From Selaginella moellendorffii (Eukaryota > Plantae > Lycopodiophyta), in contig NW_003314305.1 in assembly GCF_000143415.4 (NCBI RefSeq), positions 371,709 through 435,708 of the forward strand: DNA of 64,000 nucleotides, read 5' to 3'. Within the stretch, counting starts at the first letter, position 1; each line of letters starts with the position of its first letter. Of this stretch, positions 1 to 11,600 are shown piece after piece. The notes under the pieces were generated by a model, which ran no database searches, had not been told where the DNA came from, and saw only the letters and a program-made list of their open reading frames with translations. The translations under genes were made by a program, and so were the position numbers.

Positions 1-129
1 ATCTTTGCCAAATAAAGAAAAGTTTATCTGTGTCATGTGAGGTAGTTACAGTCCTTTGTGCTCGGCATCTGCCTCTTGCAGCATTTGCACTGAAAGGGAA
101 TTTTTCTCCATTCAGCATTTGGCCCTGAA

Positions 130-3100
130 AATGGCATGCGCCCACACGCCATTCAAGGAATAACGCCACAGGACGCCTGGATTTTTGGGTTTAAAATGTT
201 TAGGGTTTTTTGGGTTTTTACAAAATATTTTGGGTCCAACGTTTTTTGGGTTTCTTTGGTTCAAAATTGCATGAGCCCACACGCTATAATATTGATTTGA
301 GAGAAAAATAGAAACAGATAGAATTTCTTTATTTAGCTGAACATTTGCCATTTTTGGAAATACAAGATGCTTTGGAATATCCAATCATGCATGGTATAAA
401 TATAGCAAGGGTATTAAATGATATCCCAATCATGATCTTTCTTTTGGATTTCGCATGCATGCAGTCCGAGGAATGATGACGTTGCGGATTTCTTTTGGAT
501 TTTGCGTGCTTGCATGCGCGCAGCAATCCAGAAATTAATGGTGGCGCCCAAGTCCGAGGAATGATGACGTGGCGGGATTACCAACCGTTGTGACATTTCG
601 CGCGTGTGAGGTTAGGTTTTGCATTTTGCTTTGTACTCGCGCTCGCACACTCGCGCTCGCGCTCGCATCACACTCGCGCTCCCGCTCGCATCGCGCTCCC
701 ACTCGCGATCATGCTCACTTCTCTACAGGTTTCTCGTGTGCATCGGCGTCCACTCACGCTTGCATCACACTCGCGCTCGCATCGCGCTCGTGTGCATCGG
801 CGTCCACTTCAAGACACACCCAGTTTGTAACTTCGCCGCCAACTCCGCCACCCACTCCACCACCCACACGCAGCCCACTTGGCGTCCCGGGAGATTTCAG
901 CACCACTCTTCAACTGTAAGTGGCAGAGTAGCCTTGCTGCTACGATCCGCTGCACACACAGTGCACATTCGCCAACGAGTCCGGCCTCGATTGTCACGGC
1001 CTCCATTCGGCTTCAAATGGTAAGTCTTTTAGACCAAGTAGAAAATGGCATGAGGCCACATGCCATTCAGTAGCAACATTGGCATGCACCGATTGGGCTC
1101 TCGAGTGCAGTCCGGTTACAGATGGCGTGTAGCCTCACTCCATCTTAGGATGCAGCCTCAAGACATCTGATGCAGTGGTGAATGGCGTGTGGCCTCACGT
1201 TATTTCCAGCTGCTAGCTTTTCATCTGTCAGCTCTAATTGTTGTGCATTTTTGAACAGGCGAGGAATTGCGTTCTTCTTCCAGCCACTGTCAATGTGGAT
1301 GCAGAGAAGGGGGAGGAGCTCACCAGTTGGACTTTCGGGATGGAAGGCGAGGATCTGATGCTGTACAACACAGATGGTGGGAGAAAAGAATGCATGGGGA
1401 TCCTCATCCAAGTGACAGACACTCCATGCAGTTCCATGCAAGAATATGGACTGGCACTTGTGGTAGAGACAGCGTCCGCCTTCAAGATCCACCTTGCACA
1501 TCCTAGCGGCTTCCCGGAGGGGGGCAGCGGCTATGAGGAATTCCTAGAGGGAGCTAGGGAGAGGTTGTCCAGGAGGCCCACAATTTCAAAGACGCTGCGG
1601 GTCTATGAAGATCACATGGAATCCACGGACCTCACCTATGGCGATGTTCAAAAACTATATTCCAACATTGAGCCGTTGAGAGTGCCTCCAGTTTGCGAAG
1701 CGAAGGGGAAGGGGGTCGATCTGGAAACTACCCCGAAGCAGAAAAGGGTGGTCAAGCTCAAGCCGACGTCCGACTCTGCTGCTCCAAAAAAGAAGCTACT
1801 CGGTGATGCCATTGCCTCGGGTTTGAACACTACACCCACCAAAAAGAAGAGCCGCAAAGAGCAGAAAGAGCAAGAAGAGGCAGCAAAAATCGTCGCAGAT
1901 AATAGTACTTGTTACTATTCCAACAAAGTATATACAATCGACGTGAGCCGTATCGAGATCCAAAGCAAATACAACCACAGGCTAGTATCTGATGAGTGGG
2001 TGGAGAAACTGAAGCAAAAGATGCTGGCAAGTCCAGTAACACCCGACATCGCAGACGTGATCCCCTACTACCGAACAATGAAGGGCGAGACGAGGTTTCC
2101 AGACTTGATCAATAGGAAGGTGTTGGACGATCAGAACATCCGGTTCTATGCCGTCTCCGGGCAGCATTCTAGCTTGGCGATGCAACAGATAGTTGTGGAT
2201 ATTATGGTGGGCGAGGAGGTGAAGAAAGTCTTCAAGACAAGAGTTGTCCGCCTGATAAAAGGCAACTCGCCCCTCCGATCTATCATATACATCTCCCACG
2301 CGCAGAATGTCAAGCAAGAAACGTGCTACAAATCGGGTCTGCACGAGACATTGGCACGAACACGGAAGCTCTGGGTTCAACTGAAGAAGCCACAAAAACC
2401 AGGACAAGGACGTGCACTAGCAACTAGCGCCTGGCAGGTAAGCCTCGTTGCATGTGGCATAGCATGTGGCCTCACGCCATTTCCATTGCAGGAATTCTCG
2501 AGTCTTCTCTTGAAAACACTGGGGGTCAATGACACACTCAGCATCCATAACATTCTACTCGCGACAAAAGTTGTTTTTGACAAATGGGTAGATGTGCTAA
2601 GGAGGTACCATGACGGGGAGTTGCTAAACTCAATGGGTGTGGAGGACGGCCGGAAGCCCAATGATTTGAAGCTCAACGCCTTGCGTTTCTCGCGGTCTCT
2701 AGACGACGACGACCTTCTGACAGTGGCTAATGCTCTTCTACGTGGTGAGGTAGTCTTCAACAAGACCAAAATGACTCCCGGCCATATTGTGACATACGAG
2801 GACTTGTGCACGACTCTGAGAGCTCGTGCGCTATTGAAGGATTGGATCTTCGAGCAAGTGGCCGTGGCGAGGGTGAGCATCGACACCACGCAAGAGATGA
2901 TGGAAGAGCTGGACTTGTCAAATGAAGACATCGACGAGTACGTGAAGGGGGCCCCCAAGTTCATCGATCTGCTGCGGGATGCCACGAAAAGTAAAGCTGA
3001 GAAGTTGGATCAGTATCCAAATTTCATTAAGAGGGATGTCGACCGCCGGCTTCAGAAACAGCTCGACCCCGCAGCAGAGGCCTATCGAGAACCTTACCGG

Positions 3101-6100
3101 GTATACGTGAATTCGGATGAGGATCAAAGGTGGAGGAGCATCGTTTCCCGCGGAGATGAGCAGGTCAAGAACATCTTTTGTGTGATGGACTTCACAAACG
3201 AGGAGATCACTCATGCAGACGAAGTCAGCTCCATCATTGACTTAATGGTGGGACTTGCGGAGGTGGAATCTTCAGTCCACTATATGATCTACGACTCCAA
3301 ATCCTATCACAAGTTCTGGAAGGCCTTGAACGAGGTGAAGGCTCGGTTGAAAGGCAAGGAGATGCGGGAGATCCATGGGATAATGGCTAAGAAGAAGATA
3401 CCGACGAATGTCCGCATCTTCACAGTCGCCCTTGTTATTGGTCCTGCAGCAGAGTGGGACTGGAGTGACTTCCCAGCTTCGTTCAACAAAGCCGATCGAA
3501 TTGATCTGAGGGAGGTCAATTTACCCGTGCCTGAGGAACTGAAGACGGCTATGGAGCTTTCGAATCCAAAGAAAGCTCCAGGTGCAGCATGGGAAATGCT
3601 CAGCTGGGTCTTCAACGCAATAGCGGGTGACTCCAAGGGCAAATGCGTTGTCAAGTACAACTGCGGCGGACTATTCTTTCGAGCCGCACTACTCAAGGGT
3701 GTCCCGTGTGTTGCGGTGACAAACTCCATTGAAGAGGTGACTTCAATGGACCATATAATTACAGTTGCCAAAGAAAAACAGTATCTTCTCTACGAACCTG
3801 GTGAGTACGCACTTTAAGTTTAAATGTTATCTCACAAGCTCTGTATGCAGGAGCGTGGCCACCCCCAGATGCTGAAACGGCGTTAACAGCTACTGATGTT
3901 AGGCCGAGGTCACAACCTGCACAAGGTAAGGTCACGTGAGGCCTCACGCCATTTTGATTATAGATCGTTGTGAATATTCAGACACGAGGACTGAAAAGCG
4001 CACTGGTGGCGCGTCGAAGAAGGACAAACAGACAAGCAATAGGAAAAAAGGAGGTACAAATTATATTTGCAATGGCGTGTGGTCTCATGCCATTCCTTGC
4101 AGGAGACACTTCTTCAAAGGCAAAACAGGCAAGCACCAGCCAAGCTCAAACTGACAGTGGTCATAAAAAGCGAAAGCACGTTGGACAGTCGTCGGGATCA
4201 GAGGCGTTTGATTCGAAAAGGAAGAAGGGCAACGAAAAGATGATAGGTAATGCCTCGCGGTTATGGCGTGTGTGCTCATGCCATTCATTGCAGATCAAGG
4301 GCTGAGTGAAAGGAGCCAGTCACCACCTTCTGACTCAGATTCCTATGGCGGACTCCCCTTCCCCAATCTCAATGGAGAGGTACAATGGATGAGGGATGCT
4401 TTTCAAGTCAGGGCCACGTTTTTCTCATCTCGTCGTCTTCGAAGGGTGCAAGAACGTGCAGAAACCATGTTAAGACAGTCGGGTGAGGATACGGTCCTAG
4501 GTCACGCACTAAAACAGGCTATGGATGTCTTGTATTTTGAGATGGAGACTCGGCCAGATGATTTTTCCAAGATGGTCCTGGAAAAACAAGCAATCCAGCC
4601 TGAGCAGCCTATGGAAGAAATGCAAGAGGGGGATGAGGAGCCAGAGAAAGATAATGAGCAGGAAGAGCAGAAGGACGAAGAGGAGGACAAAGAAGAGGAG
4701 GACGAAGAAGAGGAGGACGAAGAAGAGGAGGACGAAGAGGACTTGGATGGTCCTCACAATGGTGACGATCACAATAACGACGATGACGATGATGACGATG
4801 ATGGCCAGCCTGAGGTGGCCAAAGAGCAGCGGAGGAAGGTCATACAAGACAAACCATCAGGTAAATAATAGTACATCCATTCCTAACCTTTTACCATTTC
4901 TAACATTGTCCATGTAGGTCGCAGAAGAAATGGTAAGTAGAGATTATTCAGTTGAATTAAGATACAAACTCTAGCCTTTAGTGTCAAGGATAGTGCCAAG
5001 CAAGGGTCGAAACGTATGTCCAATCCTTCAGAATCAGCAGTGCGCCCAAGTGATATCGGTCCTAGTTCCTCAATAGCAGTTGATGGTAAATACAGTATAG
5101 TCGATTCAATGTGCTAATGAGTTTGTTTTTAGTAGCACGGGAGGATACCATCTCAATCGAAGGGAGATATTTGGACATGCATATGGATCCGCCAGTGGAC
5201 TCTACTTGCCTGCAAGAGTCATCAGAGCTGGTGGAGGCTACTATCCATATCAACGCCAAGCAAGCTGACCACGCTCCACTTGATGCTGCCCATACCACTG
5301 AGTCAATCTTGTCCACGTATCCAACTGACGGTGACCAGGCGCCATTGGACCCGCATGAGGCCGCCCCAGCCGCCGAGCCGGTCGTATCCTCATTTCCAAC
5401 GTGTGCCCAATCGTCTGACTACGCGCCGTTGGAACCTCCCTACACCGCCCCTGCTGCCTGTTCGGTCATGTCCACTTTGCCAACGGAGGCACCAGCTGAA
5501 ATGGCGTGTGATCACACGCCATTGGAACCACCCCATGCCACTGTTGAGCCAGTTGTACCAGAGTCTACAGCTGAAATGGCATGTGCCCACACGCCATCGG
5601 ATGCGATTGACCCCACATTGCAGAGGAGAGTATTTCCGCCCTTCACGTTTCCTCGACCAAAACCCTCTGAACGACCATCGGGAGCACCATTCGCTAATAT
5701 TGTAGATGGTAAAATTGACTTGTACCATTTTTTATGCTGACGCATTTCATTTCAGAGTCACGGCGAAAGTACTGTATCGTTTTTGATCTGAACGGTGTCC
5801 TTTTCTCCCATGAGCGTGGCTCGTCCTCGAATGTCACTGCACCCTCCAAAGCCTGCGGTCGCAAGTTGGTCAAAAGAGACAGATTCACATTAATCACACG
5901 GGAGAAACTGCGGGATCTAATAATGACCATGCAACACTTAAAACAGAGGGCCGGGTTCAATTTGCAATTGGGAGTTTGGACATCCATGATGCGCCACAAT
6001 GCATTAACGTTGCTACAGATGATGCACGATCAGACGCGAGTAATATTACCATTTGACTTTCTCCTAACGCAGGAGGATTGCTTGACTATGGTCCATGTGA

Positions 6101-6956
6101 GGGGTAGCAAGCCCATCTTCGTCAAGGCAGAGGCTGTAGTGATGAACCGGACTGCTAGGTCAAGTGAAATCCTCATCATCGATGACTCGCCGATTAAAAC
6201 TGCAGCGAACACGCACACATATGCAGTGCACCCCATCTCTTGCAGTATGGAAACTAGGGAGAAGAAACCGTATGTTCTAGGGGACCTTGCAAAACGGCTT
6301 GAAGCGATGGTGATAGAGAACCGGCCAGTCCAGGAGGTGGCTGCAGAAATCAACCAAATGGCAGATGGAACGGTATATCAGAAGCCATTTGATCGGACAG
6401 ACACCAGTCATCATTTATGGCATGTATATTGTCTAGCCAAACACTATCCGCATCTCCATAATCTGCTCAACCGGATGGGTTCTTCGACCACTGAACATGA
6501 GCGTGGACGTATTAGAGAAGAGATGGCATTACTATTGGGTTTAAATCCTGATAGTGTGGAGAGTGATGAAATTCCAAGATTATTGTATAGGCGTTGGAGG
6601 CAAAAAATAACAGTCTGAGATGGCATGTATTTATTTAAAAATGTAACTTATTATGGCATGGGGTTCCATGCCATTGTATTAATATTAAAAGACAATTCTT
6701 TGAGAGGATTTGCATTATACTAGAAGTGTTACAGCATGTTATTGGAAGTCTACGAAGTTGTTTTATTAATAAGGGGAAAGTAAAGATTGAATGGGGACTT
6801 GGGCTCCACCTAGACTCGGAGCAACTGAGCCAATATTAAAAGGATGGAAAGAAATTGGACGACGATGACAAGGAGAAGAGAGAGGTGAAGCAGTGAGAAG
6901 TGATTGAGTAGACATTTCCTTGTTTAAAATAAAATGGCATGTGCCTCAATGCAGTT
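130..6956. repeat. Dispersed 24-bp palindrome, consensus AATGGCRTG-N6-CAYGCCATT, 13 copies
   Basis: Copies at 130-153, 265-288, 1044-1067, 1121-1144, 1181-1204, 2458-2481, 3930-3953, 4071-4094, 4262-4285, 5500-5523 (perfect palindrome AATGGCGTGTGATCACACGCCATT), 5575-5598, 6652-6675 and 6933-6956 (degenerate). The spacer is always 6 nt. No full copy was seen after 7 kb. Confidence 0.9.
1259..6618 (+). CDS. Multi-exon protein of at least 1636 aa: ParB/Srx-like domain + helical region + degenerate beta-class amino-MTase-like fold + acidic/repeat linker + HAD (FCP1/NIF-like) phosphatase; 5' start exons unresolved (ATG|gtaagt at 1017 is a candidate)
   Basis: GT-AG introns of 42-57 nt join the ORFs in frame. 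Exons 1259-2437, 2492-3800, 3851-3925, 3982-4053, 4103-4246, 4294-4860, 4918-4932, 4975-5085, 5133-5708, 5756-6618 total 4911 nt (divisible by 3), and all introns after 3800 are phase 1. Motifs: IDVSRIEIQSKYNHRLVSDEWVEKLKQKM...FYAVSGQHSSLAM (ParB-like); GKCVVKYNCGGLFFRAALLKGVPCVAV (MTase motif I/II-like); CIVFDLNGVL...LGVWTSMM...ILIIDDSPIK (HAD motifs I, II, IV). Confidence 0.7.
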
Positions 6957-7049
6957 GAATTTTGTTATATTTATATACTATATAAAGGTTTGGAAACTTT
7001 ATTTTACAAGTGGGATAATGACAATTCCCACTTTAACGAAATAGAGCTT

Positions 7050-8035
7050 ATAAGTCCAATTCAGGACTTGGGACTTGCTAGCCCCGAGAATAGCATCTAT
7101 GCCACTCAACATTTGCACTTGGTCCAAGTGCTCCACGTGTCCAATCCCATGACCGACACTCAAAGGTACCACCGACATAGCAGCCTATTACGCTAAGGCC
7201 ATGCCCAATCACCTTTGCTACACTGGTAGTCCAATACCACTTGCATCACAGTCTTGGCTCTCCAAGACTAGGCAATCCATCCGTGAGTGGTCATCTCAGA
7301 TCCACTCCTTAGCATCCTTAGGATGCCCATCGACAAGGGGGATAGCCTTCCCCAATATCCCTCTGTCAGTCTCCATTAAGTCCCTTTCTGCCCCTGGCCG
7401 TGTTTGCCAACACTGCCACCACAGGCCCGACCACTAAGTCCCACGGTCCTCTGGGACTTCCTCACCACACGACTGTGTCCTTGGTCACTACCCCAGAGGA
7501 CTGCTCCTCTTCCTTTCCACAGTCTGGGCCTTTGGAACAACATTTCGGAACACCGTGGCCTTACGCGAGCCACCTGGGTACTCTCCCTGCCTTCTGCCCT
7601 TGGGTGCTCTAGCCATGGGCTTAGAGCGAGGTTCCATTGAGCCACGCCTGGTATCCAAGTAGGTAGTGCCACCCACACTTGGACTGGGAGCATCAGCCAG
7701 TCGATCTCCCGGGGGAACTAGAGCCGGCTCTTGAACACTTCACCAAACTACCCCGCTTGTCGGTCCGTGTTCACTCTAGTCTTGGACTTCCCAGTGGTCA
7801 GCTCATCACCCAACACTGGGTCTGGCCAAACTGGGCCAAACTAGCCTTTCCTGGTCAAACTGGCTCCACTGGGCTCCAACCCCCACACTCTCCCTACTAT
7901 ACTTTTGGAACCCCCCGCAGCCCCCCCCCCCCCCCTGGGGGACGATCGCTTTGGGCTTTCACCCAACTGCCTGTATTTGGACTCGGACTCGAACTCGGAC
8001 TCGGACTCGGTCTCGGTCCTGGATTCGGACTCGGA

Positions 8036-8084
<49 letters not shown>

Positions 8085-8680
8085 CCGATCTCGGTTCCAT
8101 CTCGGACCCCATCTTGGACTCCACCTCTGGTCCACCTCGGACCCCATCTCGGACTCCACCTCGGACTCCATCTCGGACTCCACCTCGGGTCCATCTCGGA
8201 CTCTATCTCGGGTCCATCTCGGACTCCAGCTCGGGTCCATCTCGGACTCCATCTCGGACTCTACTTCGGGTCCATCTCGGACTCCATATCGAACTCCATA
8301 TCGGACTCCATCTCGGACTCCATATCGGACTCCACTTCGGGTCCATCTCGGACTCCATATCGGACTCCACTTCGGGTCCATCTCGGACTCCATATCGGAC
8401 TCCATCTCGGACTCCAACTCGGGTCCGCCTCGGACTCCATCTCGGACACTTCCACGTGTCATGTGTTGGTCCTTTTTGGGTCCCTTTTTGGAGCCTTGCT
8501 TATTGCTCGCTTCGTGCTCGCTCCTTGAGCACTTTGTTGGGAGTTCCACTCCCGCTCTCGACCTTCCAAGTCAGAGCTTCTAGTCCAAACGTGTTACACT
8601 TGTTTGGCTTTCGCTTCGGCCACTACCACGTGGCACCCTTTCCGGCTCCACTTTGGGGCCTAGGGATTTTGTGTCTCACA
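7050..8680 (-). repeat. 3' LTR, missing about 82 bp at its outer end
   Basis: Aligns to 12907-14427 and ends TGTGTCTCACA. The segment equivalent to 12825-12906 is absent. Confidence 0.85.
7975..8450. repeat. LTR-internal tandem repeats (CTCGGA/CTCGGT)n and 12-mer CCATCTCGGACT; also at ~13735-14195, ~59840-60180 and, inverted, ~58100-58225
   Basis: Directly visible; these repeats generate the spurious GLGLG/SDSIS/RWSPR ORFs in the track. Confidence 0.9.
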
Positions 8681-11600
8681 ACTCCACCACCCATAGACGA
8701 AGTTCGATGTCCTCATCGAACGGTAAACCATTTTATAAAGTAACACCCGCATGTGTTACCATTTCCATCCTTGGCATCTAGCCAATATTTGTCAATGGTT
8801 TGATATTGAAGGCTCACCATGCCTTCTCCATATTCGTCAATGGTTTGACATTGAAGGCTCACCATGCCTTTTGCATATTCATCAATGGTTTGACACCAAA
8901 GGCTCACCATGCCTTGCCTATCCTCTAAGGAGGGTAGTCTCTCCAACTTAGAGACTGATTGGACCACACGTAGTGGTTCTCTCCTTTTATTGGTTTAGTT
9001 CTTGCTGAACCTCTTAGAGACCCTTCTCTAAGTCAATCCCACTACTCCTTCTCGAGTAGTCTCAATTTCCATCTATTGAACGTTTGCACCTTGGAACTTT
9101 TACTCTTTTGACTTTTGGAAGTCAATTTCCTAAGTGTCTCCAACACCTTAGATTGCACAGATTGTGCAACTCCACTTCCCCATCCTAGGAAGTTCATTAC
9201 TTGAGGGCACCATCATCCTCTCTTCTATTTCGTGCCACCTTGGGCACTAAGTTCCATTTATCATACTTTGTGCTAGGGCTGTCCATGGCCCTATCATTTG
9301 GCTACTTTACCGCTCCCTCCCTTGGAGCTTCCACTTTTGCCAAATCGGAGCAATTCGAAATCCATCCTTGGAAACACACTTCCTTTCCCGCAATTTGTTA
9401 GTGTCCAACACATTAGTGTTCCTCGCCTAACTTTGTCACTTGGATTCCTTCCAAGGGATTCCACGGCCCTATCTTGGCCACTCATCTTTTGCTCCCATCC
9501 GTTGATTGTTGCACCAAGCAACATCGAATCTCTACCTCCCTCCTTGAGGTATTTTTTTCATTCCATAGCAAAGGCTCTGCTTTGCCAAGACTAAGGTGTT
9601 CACCCCTAGTAAGTCTCTTTAGCATCTTCTGCTGTGGGCTCTATCCACGGCCCAACTTTGTGACCCTCCCATGGGTCTCTTTAGAGACTACTTCCCTTTG
9701 ACACATTATGCCATCGCAATGACATAGCTCATTTCCCTAAGGTGCTTTTCCCACTTGGTCACCTTGACCAAGCCACACCATCATCAATAGTTCAAATCAA
9801 CACTTTGAACTAGGAACCTTATTCCTTAACCCAAACAAAGACCTTGTCCTTATTTAGCCACAAGATCACCTAGTGATCTCACCTCGGCACCTTAACAGGT
9901 TTGCCGATAGGTATTAGGTCTTCCAGACCTTTAACTTGTTAACTACGACCCTGGGGGCATCCCCCACACTTGGCGGTGCGCCCAAGCCAGCCCTTCCGGC
10001 CAAGGGTCCATAGCAACTGAGACTGGGTGTCCCCATCTCATTCACCACGTCCTTGGTGCCACTGGCACCAAAGTGTTCAAGTTAGATATGCTGAGCCACA
10101 CTAAGCATTCTAACCGTGCATCACGACTCCGAGGCATCCCTCGCTTGGCGGTGTGCCCAAACCAGTCTCCCCACTGAGAGTCCATGACCACTGAAATATG
10201 AGTGTCCTCATATTCCAAACCATCACCACGCCCTAGTGATTTGGGACTCGAACCCAAGCACTAGAGGGTCGGGACTCGAACCCAACCTCCGTATATGCAT
10301 CTACGGACAGCATCACCTAGGATGCCTGGCGTGACTCCCCACGCCGGTGCACCAACTTATACTCAAAGCGTGCTATAGATCACAGCTTAGGAACCTAGTT
10401 CCTCCCTACTGCCAAGTTCCCTCACTTGACAAGCCTGTGATCATGCATGGACTCCTCCATGCTTGGCCCCATGGCCCACCCTTTTTGAAGTTATCACCTT
10501 CGACTAGGGTATTTGTTCCCCTGACTTGCCAATCTCACTTTGGCAAGTCCTCCGACCACTGTAACATGGTTCTTGCACAAGCGTGAAAGCCCTTGATCAT
10601 CGACTTTCGTTCAAAGCCCTCTCTGAACTCTCGGGAACTACTTCCCTAACCTTGATAGCCTTGCCTCATGGCAAGCTTCAAGACCACGCTTTTGCTGCGC
10701 CACTCTGATTTCGCGCGTTCCTTGAACCATTTACGCTTGGCCTTTCTAGGTACTAAGCTACCTAGAATCCTCTTTGGGAACTTGAAGGAACTTTGTCCCT
10801 TAGCTTGCTAAGACCTCCTTTTTGCAAGCTTTCCAATTACCATATAGTCTAACATGGACAATTCCATATTTTAGACTCTCCATGGCATCACGGTTGCTAA
10901 CGGCAACACCCTCGAGCCCCCACTTGATTCTCCACTCCCAGCTGGCATAACCAACCTTGGTTATGCCCTTCGATTCCTATGGTTCGGTTCTATCCCCTTA
11001 CTTCTTGCTTTTGGCTTCACACCTTTCCTTCGGTCATTCTCCTCTAGACCAGGAAGATAGCTTTGCACTTTTTATCATGCCTTAGCAAGTATTCTTAGGG
11101 ATGAACTTACCCGATAGCCTAGGGAGTGGTTCCTCAATCCAGGTATGCTCACCCTATAATCTCACACACCGGGATTACGTTGTTGCTTACGGGCCTTTGC
11201 ATGCCCATTGCTAGCCTTGCCAAAATTCCATTTTTGGCTTTGTCCAATTCGAGTAGACAGTCTTCTCTTGTCTCCGCCACCTTGGACATTTGGATAGCAC
11301 CTACTATCCATCATTCGTTAGGGACTTAGTCCCTTGGGCCTTATCTACTGCCCTCGCGACATCAAACACCACCTCCTGGTGTTCTAGAGTGTTCGGGTGT
11401 CCCAATGACGGCTTCCTTGACAATGAGTATTTCCTTTTATGACATTGACTTACTATATCGCAACATAAGCAACTTATCCCCCGTAAGGGTATATCCAACT
11501 TCCCTATGCCATTAAAAAGGCTTGGGTAGCTGCCTTCTACCCGTTTAATTAATTATTTTGCACCTTTTGCTTAGTTGCCTCGTAGTTGTCAAGTCCTACA

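Noticed and set aside
180-262. Telomere array
   Set aside because: Only one TTTAGGG; the remainder are irregular TnGGG units.
130-6956. Palindromic repeats as a CRISPR array
   Set aside because: Spacing is irregular (36 bp to over 1 kb), copies lie in introns and exons, no cas genes are present, and the context is eukaryotic.
7679-8743. Long low-complexity ORFs (GLGLG, SDSIS, RWSPR), also at 13536-14463 and 59818-60178
   Set aside because: Artefacts of stop-free LTR microsatellites that are open in nearly all frames.
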